From an uncultured bacterium (GTDB lineage: Bacteria > Pseudomonadota > Gammaproteobacteria > Burkholderiales > JACQAP01): a stretch of DNA of 64,000 nucleotides. Numbering within the stretch: the stretch's first letter is position 1; each line of letters begins with the position of its first letter. Made by a program: the position numbers and the translations under genes. The notes under the pieces are model-generated. The model made no database searches and was not told the DNA's origin. It saw nothing but the letters and a program-made list of their open reading frames with translations. Of the stretch, positions 23,284 through 33,353 are shown one piece after another. Location: the NCBI GenBank assembly GCA_965233135.1, contig CBDDRM010000028.1, positions 28,765 through 92,764 on the forward strand, in the 5' to 3' direction.

Positions 23284-24053
23284 GGAAGCGCTCCACCCAG
23301 GTAGGCGCGAATGACGGCGGGGTCGCGCTGCACCTGCGCCGGCACGCCTTCGGCGATCTTCCGGCCGTAATCGAGCACCGCTACCCGATCGCACAAGCCC
23401 ATCACCAGTTTCACGTCATGTTCGATCAACAGAATAGTCGCGCCATCGCCGCGGACCTTTTCCAGCAGACCACGCAATTGCGCCGTCTCGGTGGCGTTCA
23501 TTCCCGCCGCAGGTTCATCCAGCGCAAGCAGCTGCGGGTCGGTGGCCAGCGCGCGCGCAATTTCCAGCCGGCGCTGGTCGCCATAGGACAAATTACGCGA
23601 CAGCGTGTTGGCATGCTGGACAATGCCGACATACGCGAGCAATTCCCGCGAGCGCTGGCGGATGGCCGCTTCCTCTTCCCGGGTGTGGCGTGTTCGCAGC
23701 ATCGCACCGATGGCGCCGGCGCGTGTACGCACGTGCCGGCCCACCATGACGTTCTCGAGCGCGGTCATGTTGCCAAACAGCCTGATGTTCTGGAATGTCC
23801 GGGCGATGCCGGATTCGGCGACACGAAAAGGTTTCAACCCGAGCAGGCTCGCGCCGTCGAATTCGAAGTCACCGCAGTCGGGTACATACAATCCGGTAAG
23901 TACGTTGAACAGCGTGGTTTTTCCCGCGCCGTTCGGCCCGATCAACCCATAGATCTCGTTTCGATGGATGGTCAACGAAACGTCGTCCAGCGCGACGAGC
24001 CCGCCGAATCGTTTTCCGACATGACGCATCCCCAGAAGTGGCGCGGCCTGCAT
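23280..24053 (-). CDS. livG: Branched-chain amino-acid ABC transporter, ATP-binding protein
   Basis: It has GPNGAGKTTLFN, LSYGDQRRLEIARAL and LALDEPAAGM. The ATG at 24053 overlaps the livM stop (ATGA). Confidence 0.85.
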   Translation of the reverse strand: MQAAPLLGMRHVGKRFGGLVALDDVSLTIHRNEIYGLIGPNGAGKTTLFNVLTGLYVPDCGDFEFDGASLLGLKPFRVAESGIARTFQNIRLFGNMTALENVMVGRHVRTRAGAIGAMLRTRHTREEEAAIRQRSRELLAYVGIVQHANTLSRNLSYGDQRRLEIARALATDPQLLALDEPAAGMNATETAQLRGLLEKVRGDGATILLIEHDVKLVMGLCDRVAVLDYGRKIAEGVPAQVQRDPAVIRAYLGGALP

Positions 24054-25144
24054 CAACCGTGCTCCGTATCCGAGAGTTCGCGTTTGCGCTGCTGTGACGG
24101 CCAAAGGCCCGCAGGTCGGTAGAGCATCATCAGCACCAGCGCCATGCCGAACAACAGCATGCGAATGACCTCCGGTTCGATCAGCATGCGCCCGAACAAG
24201 GCGTATTGCACCGGCTCCACGGTGTAGCGCAGGATCTCGGGCACAAACGACAGCAATACCGCACCCAGCACCACGCCCCAGACGTTACCCATGCCGCCCA
24301 GCACGACCATGGACAGCACCATGACCGATTCCACAAAAACGAAACTCTCGGGACTGATAAAGCCCTGGGTCGCCGCAAAAATGCCGCCGGCGACGCCACC
24401 AAAGCTCGCGCCCATCGCGAACGCCAGCAGTTTCACGTTACGCGTGTTGATGCCCATGGCTTGCGCGGCCGTCTCGTCTTCGCGAATCGCCACCCATGCC
24501 CGCCCGATGCGGGAATTCTGCAGTCTCAAATTGATGACAATGGCTACGATCAGCACCAACAGGAGCAGGTAATAGTATTTGATCGGACCGCTGAAACTCA
24601 CACCAGCCCACACGTTGGTTACGTTGAAATTGAGGCCGCCGATCCGAAAAGGATCGATCAGCGTGACGCCCTGAGGCCCGTTGGTGATATTGATCGGCTG
24701 AGACAGATTGTTCAGGAATACCCGCACGATCTCACCGAATCCGAGCGTGACGATCGCAAGGTAATCGCCGCGTAATTTCAGCGTCGGCGCGCCGAGCAGC
24801 ACGCCGAACAGACAGGCCAATGCGGCGCCGATCGGCAAGATGATCCAGAACGGCAGATGCAGCCCGAAATGGGGCGACGCCAGCAGCGCATAGCAATACG
24901 CGCCGACGGCGTAGAACGCGATATAACCCAGATCGAGCAGCCCCGCAAAGCCCACCACGATGTTCAGCCCAAGCGAAAGCAAGGCAAACAAGATGGCGAG
25001 GTTCATGATGCGTACCCAAGCCGTGCCGGCCGAGGCGAGCGCGAACGGCAATACCATCAGCGCTGCGCTGATGAGCGCAATCCCGATCCACGGAGCCGCC
25101 CGGTGCGATCGCAGTTTGTCGAACAGTCTGCCCCAGGCGGACAT
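24053..25144 (-). CDS. livM: Branched-chain amino-acid ABC transporter permease
   Basis: 363-aa polytopic membrane ORF of LivM type (DLGYIAFYAVGAY, RIGRAWVAIREDE). Confidence 0.85.
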   Translation of the reverse strand: MSAWGRLFDKLRSHRAAPWIGIALISAALMVLPFALASAGTAWVRIMNLAILFALLSLGLNIVVGFAGLLDLGYIAFYAVGAYCYALLASPHFGLHLPFWIILPIGAALACLFGVLLGAPTLKLRGDYLAIVTLGFGEIVRVFLNNLSQPINITNGPQGVTLIDPFRIGGLNFNVTNVWAGVSFSGPIKYYYLLLLVLIVAIVINLRLQNSRIGRAWVAIREDETAAQAMGINTRNVKLLAFAMGASFGGVAGGIFAATQGFISPESFVFVESVMVLSMVVLGGMGNVWGVVLGAVLLSFVPEILRYTVEPVQYALFGRMLIEPEVIRMLLFGMALVLMMLYRPAGLWPSQQRKRELSDTEHG

Positions 25145-25146
25145 GG

Positions 25147-26133
25147 TCAGGACCGATCCGACACGCGTTCGCCGAGCAGGCCGGACGGTCGCAATACCAG
25201 CACGGCGATCAGCACCAGAAAGGCGAAGACATCCTGGTAGTTGCTACCGAACAACACCAGATGGCCTTCGCGCGCGCAATGAGCGGCGAGGGAGTCCGAC
25301 AACTTCGAAAGATGGCACAAGTCCATGATCTCGCCGATGTAGCCCGCGCCGAGCGCCTCGACGACGCCGAGCAACAGGCCGCCGAGCATGGCTCCCGCCA
25401 GGTTACCGATGCCACCAAGTACCGCTGCGGAAAATGCCTTCAGGCCGAGCAAGGCGCCCATCGTGTAATGCGCGATCCCGTAGTAGGTCCCGACCATGAC
25501 ACCTGCGACCGCGGCCAGTGCAGCGCCGATCACGAATGTAGACGAAATCACTCGATTGACGTTGATGCCCATCAAACCCGCCACCTGGGCGTTCTCCGAT
25601 GTGGCGCGCATCGCCACTCCGAGTCGCGTGCGATAAACCAGCACGGTCAACGCAGCCATCATCAGCAGTGATCCGAGGATGATCGCGATCTGCACCGCGC
25701 TGATGGTCGCGCCGCCCACCGCGAATACGGGATTGTCGATGATCTGCGGAAATCCCAGGGGATTGCGGCTGAAGATGATCATGGCGACTTGCTGCAGGAT
25801 GATCGAAAGGCCGATCGCGGTGATCAGCGGTGCGAGCCGCGGCGCACCACGCAGCGGTCGGTAGGCCACGCGTTCCATGGTGAAGCCTACGATCATGCAG
25901 GTTGGAACGGCGCACAGCACCCCCACGAATACGATGGCCAGTGGCGGTAACGTTGTGCCGGCCAGTGCGGAAATCACCGTCAATGCGACCATGGCACCGA
26001 TCATGACCACTTCGCCATGCGCGAAGTTGATCAGTTGTACGATGCCATACACCATCGTGTAGCCCAGTGCCACGATGGCGTACACACTGCCGAGGGTCAG
26101 GCCGTTGATGAGCTGCTGAAGAAAAATCTCCAC
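25147..26133 (-). CDS. livH: Branched-chain amino-acid ABC transporter permease
   Basis: The GTG at 26133 gives VEIFLQQLINGLTLGSVYAIVALGYTMVYG, the canonical LivH N-terminus. It carries a 29-aa insertion near the C-terminus, described in the findings. Confidence 0.8.
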   Translation of the reverse strand: MEIFLQQLINGLTLGSVYAIVALGYTMVYGIVQLINFAHGEVVMIGAMVALTVISALAGTTLPPLAIVFVGVLCAVPTCMIVGFTMERVAYRPLRGAPRLAPLITAIGLSIILQQVAMIIFSRNPLGFPQIIDNPVFAVGGATISAVQIAIILGSLLMMAALTVLVYRTRLGVAMRATSENAQVAGLMGINVNRVISSTFVIGAALAAVAGVMVGTYYGIAHYTMGALLGLKAFSAAVLGGIGNLAGAMLGGLLLGVVEALGAGYIGEIMDLCHLSKLSDSLAAHCAREGHLVLFGSNYQDVFAFLVLIAVLVLRPSGLLGERVSDRS

Positions 26134-26258
26134 GATTGTCAGACGCTCGTGAACTGCCGCAGAGCGCAGCGCGTCGTTTGAGCGCAGCCGCCGGACAAGG
26201 GCCACACACGAAAACAGCACCCTCGGGTGCCGTTTTCAGTTCGTGCCTGGCGCACCGC

Positions 26259-27497
26259 TTACTTCGCGGTTGTGGCGAAATCCTCGAATTTGACGGATTT
26301 ACCGGCCTTGATGATTGCCACGGGCGTTATGGTGCCGTTGCTCATGGTGAAAATCGTCATTTCTGCGTCCTTGCGGTCGCCTTTAGCGTCGAACTCGATA
26401 TGTCCGCTCGCGCCGTCGTATTTGATGGCGGCCAGCGCGGGCAGATATTTTGCCGGGTCGACCGAATCAGCGGCTTGCATCGCGCCGATCAGCAGGTTGG
26501 TCGCGTCGAACGTGAACGGCGCGTAAATCAGTGGATCGGAATTGAACTTGGCCTTGTAGGCGTCCAGAAATGCCTTGCTCGCCGCCTGCACGGGAATACC
26601 CGCTTGTGAGCACACCAACCCCTCTGAAGCCGACCCGGCGAGCTCTTTCATCTTGTCGGTACAGGCACCATCGCCAAAAGCGAAAACTGCTTTCAACCCC
26701 AACTCGCGCCCCTGTTTCATCATAGGCCCGGCGCCCGAATCCATGCCCCCGTAGAAGATCGCATCGGGCGCCTTGCCTTTGAGCTTGGTGAGAATGGCTT
26801 TCCAGTCGCGTGTTTCCTGCGTGCCTTTTTCCCGCGGCAGCACATTGACACCGGCCGCCTTGAGCGTTTTCTCGACTTCATTGGCCAGCCCTTCGCCATA
26901 AGCCGTAGCATCATCGATCACCGCCACGGATTTAGGTTTGTGTTCGGCGATCAGATAGCTGGCAATGGCCGGTCCCTGTTGATCGTCGCGACCGACGGTG
27001 CGAAAAGCAATCTTGAAGCCCTGTTCGGTCAGTTTGGGATTGGTCGCCGATCCGCTGATCATGGGGATGCCGGCCTGGTTGTAGACCGCGGACGCCGGTA
27101 TGGTGACGCCGGAGTTCAAATGGCCCACGACGCCCGCGACTTTCGCATCTACGAATTTCTGGGCAATGATCGGCCCTTTGTTTTCTTTGCCCTCGTCGTC
27201 TTCGCTGAGCAGTTCGAATCCGACCGTCTCGCCGCCGATCGTCAGGTTCTTGGCATTCGCCTGCTCAATAGCCAGGCGCACGCCATTCTCGTTATCTTTG
27301 CCCAAGTGGGCGATGGCGCCGGTCAAGGGTGCCGCACTGCCGATTTTTACTACGCGTTGGACCGCCGGGCCCTTGGCTGCTTCGGTGGCCGCGGGTTGTT
27401 CGTCTTTCTTGCCGCACCCGGAGAGTCCAAATGCCGCCACGGCGGCCATGCCTGCGGTTAAGCCCCTGAAGTGCTTGCTCACGTCGACAGCCCTCAT
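26259..27497 (-). CDS. Branched-chain amino-acid ABC transporter substrate-binding lipoprotein (LivK/LivJ family)
   Basis: 412-aa ORF with a lipobox (FGLSGC) and type-I periplasmic binding fold motifs (KIGSAAPLTGAIAHLG, VVGHLNSG). It is the first gene of the liv cluster. Confidence 0.85.
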   Translation of the reverse strand: MRAVDVSKHFRGLTAGMAAVAAFGLSGCGKKDEQPAATEAAKGPAVQRVVKIGSAAPLTGAIAHLGKDNENGVRLAIEQANAKNLTIGGETVGFELLSEDDEGKENKGPIIAQKFVDAKVAGVVGHLNSGVTIPASAVYNQAGIPMISGSATNPKLTEQGFKIAFRTVGRDDQQGPAIASYLIAEHKPKSVAVIDDATAYGEGLANEVEKTLKAAGVNVLPREKGTQETRDWKAILTKLKGKAPDAIFYGGMDSGAGPMMKQGRELGLKAVFAFGDGACTDKMKELAGSASEGLVCSQAGIPVQAASKAFLDAYKAKFNSDPLIYAPFTFDATNLLIGAMQAADSVDPAKYLPALAAIKYDGASGHIEFDAKGDRKDAEMTIFTMSNGTITPVAIIKAGKSVKFEDFATTAK

Positions 27498-27545
27498 ATC
27501 TATCGTCCCCTGGTTGGTTCGCGTCGATCACGCCGATCTGGCGGG

Positions 27546-27575
27546 ATTATCCGCCAGCGTTTTACGCATTGTCAA
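27546..27575 (-). promoter_or_regulatory. Candidate sigma70 promoter of the liv operon
   Basis: On the minus strand, TTGACA (27575-27570) is followed by an 18-nt spacer and GATAAT (27551-27546), about 50 nt upstream of the livK-like ATG. Confidence 0.35.
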
Positions 27576-27616
27576 TTTGCGCAGTCAATTCAGAATCTTG
27601 TAGAACGAACCCGAGG

Positions 27617-27646
27617 AACGAAAAGGCCGGCATCAGCCGGCCTTGA
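27617..27646 (-). terminator. Rho-independent terminator after the cytochrome c551 gene
   Basis: aaggccggc tgat gccggcctt, followed by ttttcg on the minus strand. Confidence 0.6.
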
Positions 27647-27670
27647 ATTGCTGCGACAACAGTCTTCCGA

Positions 27671-27985
27671 CTACATCGACAGAATCCAGTCGACCAGCAG
27701 CTTGGCCTCGTCTTCCTTGACCGGGTTCGGCGGCATCGGAATCGTGCCCCAGACACCCCCGCCGCCGTTGATCACTTTTTTGGCCAGACCGGCGTTGGCC
27801 TCTTTGCCCTTATATTTTTTGGAGATCTCAGTGAATGCCGGGCCGACCAGTTTTTTGTCGACGGCGTGACAGGCAAAGCAGTTCTTGGATTGCGACAACG
27901 CCTTGGCCTTATCCGCATCCACTGCATGTGCGCCACCGGCCAGCATCAGGCTCGCTGCCGCGGCAATCATTACGAGTTTCTTCAT
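27671..27985 (-). CDS. Cytochrome c-551/c-552 (class I, monoheme)
   Basis: The ATG at 27985 gives MKKLVMIAAAASLMLAGGAHA as the signal peptide. CFACHAVDKKLVGPAF and GGGGVWGTIPMPPN are typical of c551. Confidence 0.85.
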   Translation of the reverse strand: MKKLVMIAAAASLMLAGGAHAVDADKAKALSQSKNCFACHAVDKKLVGPAFTEISKKYKGKEANAGLAKKVINGGGGVWGTIPMPPNPVKEDEAKLLVDWILSM

Positions 27986-28059
27986 GTTTCGAGCGCCTTT
28001 CATCATTACGGGTGGGTTGGATTGCGTCGCATTCTATCGGCTTTGGCGCGCCGTGAGTA

Positions 28060-30108
28060 CTAGACAGCTGCGCCAGATTCTAAGTTCTGGGTCAAGACCT
28101 GCAGATCCGCGACAGGAGCCAGACAACTAACGCCCCGGCACAGGTAGGCGTTGACAGTCCGGGCGTCGGGTTTGGACAGGACCCCGGGCAGGGCATCAGA
28201 GGCCAGGTCGGGCGCGAAAACCAGGACCTCCGGCAGATAGCGGGTTGCAAGCGCCGCCTGCCAGTCCGGCAGCTCGTGGCCGGGTCCGCGCAGCACGACG
28301 ATTGCGGGGGCGGCGAGTGATTCGTCAAGGGCGGTGCACAACGTTGAACACGCCCCCGGCTGCTGCATCATTTCTGCGCGGAAGATCTGCAGGGTCTTCT
28401 GCGCGGCGCGCAGGTAACGCTCTTCGCCCAGCAGATAGCCCAGGCGCAGCAGACCCAGTGCGGCCAGCCCGTTTCCCGAGGGCGTGGCCTGGTCCGGCGC
28501 GGGTTTGGGCCGAACAATCAGCGGCTCGTGATCATCGCTGGTGAAGTAGAACGCGCCGCGATCAGGATCTTCGAAGTGCGCAAGCAGCGTATCGGCGAGT
28601 GCGGTCGCCCAAGCCAGGTGCGAGGCGTCGTAGCGCGCCTGCAGCGTCTCGATCAGCGCGGCAAGCAGGAAAGCATAGTCGTCCAGATAGGCGTTCTGGT
28701 GCGCGCGGCCGTCCTTATACACGGCGAGCAGTCGGCCTTGATTGCGCATGTGCGAGGAAATGAATGCGAGCGCCTTGCCGGCCGAGGCCTGCCAGTCTTC
28801 ACGTGCGAACACCCGCGCCGCTCGCATCATGCCTTCCACCGTCAACGCGTTCCAGCTCAGAAGAATTTTCTCGTCGCGGCCGGGGCGCACGCGCGCCGCA
28901 CGCGCGGCGAACAGCTTGGCGCGCGCCTGCTGCAGCAGGGTTTCGCACTCGGCCAAGGTGCGAGCGGTTTGCCCTGCGAGGGATTCCAGGGTCTGTGCTA
29001 CATGCAGATGCCAGGCGTGGTTCTCGAAATTCGGCGGACCGTCCAGACCGTAATGCGCTGCGGCCAGCGCGTGCTCGTCAGGTTCGAGCAACGCTGCAAA
29101 CTCTTCGCGCTTCCACACATAGAATTTGCCTTCGACGTGTTCCGCATCAGCATCGAGGGAGGCGTAGTAGCCGCCTTCGGCTGACTGCATTTCGCGCATG
29201 ATCCATCCCGCCGTTTGTTCGCAGACGCGCTTGAACAGCGGCTCTCCTGTAAGTGTCCAGGCCTGAGCGCACAGGCCCAGCAACGGCCCATTGTCATAGA
29301 GCATTTTCTCGAAGTGCGGGATCAACCAGCGGGTGTCCGTGCTATAGCGGTAGAAACCGCCTCCGATCTGATCGTAGAGGCCGCCCTGGGCCATGTTGCG
29401 CAACGTCAGCAGCACCAAGTCACGCAACTGCACATCGTGGGTCGAACGCGCGGCACGCAGGCAAAACGCCAGCTCGAAGGGATGCGGAAACTTGGGCGCA
29501 GTCCCGATGCCGCCATGAACCGTATCAAAGCTTGATCGCAACGCCGCGACGGCCGCGGCAATCGGCCCGCGATCGAGCACGCCATGATCCGACGGCGCCG
29601 GCTGCAGGGCGCTGGACAAAATTTCGATCAGCGATTCGTTCTGCGCGTCGAGCTCGCGGCGCTGGTCCCGAAACGCCGCAGCGACCTTCTGGAGCAATTC
29701 GGCGAAACCCGGAAGCCCGTGGCGAGGAGTACGCGGGTAATAGGTGCCGCCAAAAAACGGCCGCTGATCGGGCGTCAGGAACATTGTGAGCGGCCAGCCA
29801 CCGGGGCGCTGCGTGAGCAGTTGATGGGCTGCCTGGTAGATCTGGTCGATGTCGGGGCGCTCTTCGCGGTCCACCTTGATGTTTATGAACAATGCATTCA
29901 TGACCGCGGCGGTGTGTGGATCGGCAAACGACTCGCGGGCCATGACGTGACACCAGTGGCAGGCGGAATAGCCCACGGACAGCAGAATCGGTTTATCGAA
30001 TTCGCGCGCGCGCCCGAGGGCTTCCTCGCCCCACGCGTACCAGTCCACCGGATTGTCGGCGTGCTGCTGCAAATAAGGACTGGTTTCGCGCGCGAGCCGA
30101 TTCGCCAC
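28060..30108 (-). CDS. Thioredoxin-domain protein of the YyaL/DUF255 family, with an (alpha/alpha)6 N-acylglucosamine-epimerase-like C-terminal domain
   Basis: 682 aa. [24 protein letters not shown]...[16 protein letters not shown] is the hallmark DUF255 N-terminus. Confidence 0.85.
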   Translation of the reverse strand: MANRLARETSPYLQQHADNPVDWYAWGEEALGRAREFDKPILLSVGYSACHWCHVMARESFADPHTAAVMNALFINIKVDREERPDIDQIYQAAHQLLTQRPGGWPLTMFLTPDQRPFFGGTYYPRTPRHGLPGFAELLQKVAAAFRDQRRELDAQNESLIEILSSALQPAPSDHGVLDRGPIAAAVAALRSSFDTVHGGIGTAPKFPHPFELAFCLRAARSTHDVQLRDLVLLTLRNMAQGGLYDQIGGGFYRYSTDTRWLIPHFEKMLYDNGPLLGLCAQAWTLTGEPLFKRVCEQTAGWIMREMQSAEGGYYASLDADAEHVEGKFYVWKREEFAALLEPDEHALAAAHYGLDGPPNFENHAWHLHVAQTLESLAGQTARTLAECETLLQQARAKLFAARAARVRPGRDEKILLSWNALTVEGMMRAARVFAREDWQASAGKALAFISSHMRNQGRLLAVYKDGRAHQNAYLDDYAFLLAALIETLQARYDASHLAWATALADTLLAHFEDPDRGAFYFTSDDHEPLIVRPKPAPDQATPSGNGLAALGLLRLGYLLGEERYLRAAQKTLQIFRAEMMQQPGACSTLCTALDESLAAPAIVVLRGPGHELPDWQAALATRYLPEVLVFAPDLASDALPGVLSKPDARTVNAYLCRGVSCLAPVADLQVLTQNLESGAAV

Positions 30109-30110
30109 GG

Positions 30111-31574
30111 CTAGAGTCCCAGTTCGTTCCAGATCCTATCGATGCGGCGCTTGACCTCTTCATCCATGGCAATCGGTACGCCCCAGTGGCGCGTGGTTTC
30201 GCCCGGCCACTTGTTGGTCGCATCGAGCCCCATTTTGGAACCGAGTCCGGCTACGGGGCTTGCGAAGTCCAGGTAATCGATGGGAGTGTTTTCCGCCAGC
30301 AAAATATCGCGCGCCGGATCCACCCGCGTCGTGACGGCCCAGATGACTTCTTTCCAGTCGCGCACATCGATATCGTCGTCCACGACGATAATGAACTTGG
30401 TATACATGAACTGGCGCAAGTAAGACCAAATGCCGAACATGACCCGCTTGGCGTGACCGGCGTACTGCTTGCGCATGCTGACCACCGCGAGTCGGTAGGA
30501 ACATCCTTCAGGCGGCAGATAGAAATCCACGATCTCCGGAAACTGCTTGGTCAGCAATGGCACGAAGACTTCGTTCAGTGCGACGCCCAGTACGGAGGGC
30601 TCATCGGGCGGTTTGCCGGTATAGGTGCTGTGATAGATCGGGTCACGGCGCAGCGTCACGCGCTCGATGGTAAGCACCGGGAAACGCTCCTGCTCGTTGT
30701 AATAACCGGTGTGATCACCGAATGGCCCCTCCAGCGCCTGCTCGCCCGCATGAATCACTCCTTCCAGCACGATTTCACTGGATGCGGGTACCTGCAGATC
30801 TGAGCCGAGGCATCTGACCAGCTCTGTCTTGGCCCCGCGGAGCAGTCCGGCAAACTGGTACTCGGACAGTGAGTCCGGCACCGGGGTTACCGCGCCGAGG
30901 ATGGTGGCGGGGTCGGCGCCCAGCGCGACGGCGACCGGGAACGGCTGATCGGGGGTGGCCAGCGCGTGGTCGCGAAAATCCAGCGCGCCGCCGCGATGCG
31001 CCAGCCAGCGCATGATGACCTTGTTGGGCGCGATCACCTGCTGGCGATATATGCCTAGATTCTGCCGCGTTTTGCGCGGACCGCGCGTAACCGTCAGACC
31101 CCACGTGACCAGCGGCCCGGCATCACCCGGCCAGCATGTCTGGATCGGCAGCCTGCCCAGGTCCACATCCTTGCCTTCCCAGAGCACATCCTGGCAAGGC
31201 GCGCGCCCAACGACTCTTGGCGCCATGTTCATGACCTGCCGCAGCACGGGGAATTTGTCCCATGCGTCTTTCAACCCGGACGGCGGTTCGGGCTCCCTTA
31301 GAAACGCCAGCAACTTGCCGATCTGCCTGAGTGCGGCGACGGAATCTTCCCCCATGCCCAGTGCCACACGCTCTGGGGTGCCGAACAGGTTTGCCAGCAC
31401 CGGCATGGCAAACCCTTTCGGGTTCTCGAACAACAGCGCGGGCCCCTGCGCCTTGAGCACGCGATCACAGATTTCTGTCATTTCGAGATGGGGTGACACT
31501 TGTGCCGAAATGCGCCGCAGTTCGCCTTTGCGCTCCAGTTGAGCGATGAAATCGCGCAGATCGTGATAGCGCAT
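30111..31574 (-). CDS. ubiD: 4-hydroxy-3-polyprenylbenzoate decarboxylase
   Basis: 487 aa with [31 protein letters not shown] and [10 protein letters not shown]. Confidence 0.9.
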   Translation of the reverse strand: MRYHDLRDFIAQLERKGELRRISAQVSPHLEMTEICDRVLKAQGPALLFENPKGFAMPVLANLFGTPERVALGMGEDSVAALRQIGKLLAFLREPEPPSGLKDAWDKFPVLRQVMNMAPRVVGRAPCQDVLWEGKDVDLGRLPIQTCWPGDAGPLVTWGLTVTRGPRKTRQNLGIYRQQVIAPNKVIMRWLAHRGGALDFRDHALATPDQPFPVAVALGADPATILGAVTPVPDSLSEYQFAGLLRGAKTELVRCLGSDLQVPASSEIVLEGVIHAGEQALEGPFGDHTGYYNEQERFPVLTIERVTLRRDPIYHSTYTGKPPDEPSVLGVALNEVFVPLLTKQFPEIVDFYLPPEGCSYRLAVVSMRKQYAGHAKRVMFGIWSYLRQFMYTKFIIVVDDDIDVRDWKEVIWAVTTRVDPARDILLAENTPIDYLDFASPVAGLGSKMGLDATNKWPGETTRHWGVPIAMDEEVKRRIDRIWNELGL

Positions 31575-31586
31575 GGCCGTTGTCGC

Positions 31587-32366
31587 TTAGATGACGGGAT
31601 TGACGCCGCCATCCATCGGAATGACAGCGCCCGTGACATAGGCTGCCTGATCGGACGCCAGAAACACCGCGACGCTTGCGATCTCCCGCGGCTCGGCATA
31701 ACGACCCAGCGGCACACGTGCCTGACCCTGTTCCAGCACTTGCTCGGCGGTCAAACCCCTGGCACGGGCTTCGAGTTCGAGCGCTTCGCGCACGCGTTCT
31801 CCGAGGGTTGCACCCGGATTGATCGCATTGATCCTCACTCCGAAGCGGCCGAACACGCTGGCCAGACCAACGGTGGCAAGCATCAGCGCAGAATTGGCGG
31901 CGCCGCCCGGTAAGTGGATCGGCGTGGCTACTTTGCCGCCCGCGCCGATGATATTGACCACATTGCCTCGGCCGCGCTCGCGCATCGCCGGCAACACCGC
32001 GTCCATCGCATGGATGTAGGTAAAGTATTTGGCGTCCATGGCCGCGTGCCAGGCCTGCGCATTCAGTTCTTCGGGCACATAGCGCCTGGCCGCACCCGCA
32101 GAGTTCACCAGCACCTCGATCGGCCCGATGGCCGACTCGGCCTCCCGCAGCATGCGTTGAGCCTGGTCGGCATGGGTCAGATCGGCCGCGATTGCCGCGA
32201 CCTGACCAAGCTGTAACGTGGCCCGGTCAAGATTGGCACGCTCGCGTGACACGATTGCAACCCGCGCGCCTTCTTCGAAAAAGGCGCGCGCGCAAGCCAG
32301 CCCGATGCCCTTGCTGCCTCCGGTGATCAACACCGCGCGATTCTTCAGTCCCAATTCCATGTCCAA
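31587..32366 (-). CDS. SDR-fold NAD(P)-binding protein with a substituted catalytic triad
   Basis: 259 aa. The cofactor motif TGGSKGIG and the NSAG motif are present. A gap-free 50-residue alignment with the FabG active-site block places Gly, Gly and Asn where Ser, Tyr and Lys are expected. Confidence 0.8.
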   Translation of the reverse strand: MDMELGLKNRAVLITGGSKGIGLACARAFFEEGARVAIVSRERANLDRATLQLGQVAAIAADLTHADQAQRMLREAESAIGPIEVLVNSAGAARRYVPEELNAQAWHAAMDAKYFTYIHAMDAVLPAMRERGRGNVVNIIGAGGKVATPIHLPGGAANSALMLATVGLASVFGRFGVRINAINPGATLGERVREALELEARARGLTAEQVLEQGQARVPLGRYAEPREIASVAVFLASDQAAYVTGAVIPMDGGVNPVI

Positions 32367-32414
32367 GTCCCGGCCCGGCGGCCTTTGGCGGCCGCGTGGT
32401 GTGCAGCACGCGCG

Positions 32415-33287
32415 TCAGATCTGCTTGCGGAAATAATAGCTGGCGACGATGCCCGCGAAGATCGCGGCGCCGATCCAGTTATTCTGCTGAAACGCTCGAA
32501 AGCAGGCACCCGGCTCCCGGGTGCGAATGCTTCTGTATTGAAAAACGACCAGCAACCCTGCTGCGGCGAGCCCGAAGTAAAAATACAAGCCCGGCCGGAA
32601 CAACTGGCCAATCCAGATCATGATGAGCAAGAACGCGGCATGGCTGGTCATCACGGCGGCGACGTCGTAGCGACCAAAGGTCAAAGCGGAAGTCCGAATG
32701 CCGATCGCACGATCGTCCTCGCGATCGACCATTGCATACTCCGTGTCGTAAGCCATGGCCCAGAACACATTTGCGACCAGCAGCAACCACGCCTGCCACG
32801 GCACCTGACCGGTGTGCGCGGCGAATGCCATCGGGATGCCAAATCCGAACGCAACGCCCAGCACGGCCTGCGGCACTGCCAGGAAACGCTTGGTGAACGG
32901 ATAGATGGCGGCGACGAGCAACGCGAAAACGGACAGTTTCACGGTCAGTGCATTGAGCTGCACCACCAGCGCGAACGCGGCCAGGACCAGTACCACGGCC
33001 ACCATCAACGCTTCGATCGGTTTGATCTGCCCGGTGGCAAGCGGTCTTTGCCTGGTGCGGGCTACACGTGCGTCAAAGTCCCGATCCGCGTAGTCATTGA
33101 TCGCGCACCCCGCTGAGCGCATGAGCACCGTTCCGACCACGAAGATCAAGACGACATTCCAGTCCGGATGACCACGCGACGACAGCCACAGCGCCCATAG
33201 CGTCGGCCACAACAGCAACAGGATGCCGATCGGCTTGTCGAGCCGGATCAGTTTTTCGTAAGCATCGATGCGCTCGGCAAAAGTCAT
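32415..33287 (-). CDS. ubiA: 4-hydroxybenzoate polyprenyltransferase
   Basis: 290 aa with [30 protein letters not shown] and [12 protein letters not shown]. Confidence 0.9.
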   Translation of the reverse strand: MTFAERIDAYEKLIRLDKPIGILLLLWPTLWALWLSSRGHPDWNVVLIFVVGTVLMRSAGCAINDYADRDFDARVARTRQRPLATGQIKPIEALMVAVVLVLAAFALVVQLNALTVKLSVFALLVAAIYPFTKRFLAVPQAVLGVAFGFGIPMAFAAHTGQVPWQAWLLLVANVFWAMAYDTEYAMVDREDDRAIGIRTSALTFGRYDVAAVMTSHAAFLLIMIWIGQLFRPGLYFYFGLAAAGLLVVFQYRSIRTREPGACFRAFQQNNWIGAAIFAGIVASYYFRKQI

Positions 33288-33353
33288 CGGCGACGGGTTT
33301 CACACCCGGGTATGGGCGATGCCCGCATGATCGCACAGTCCCCGGATCAAGGC

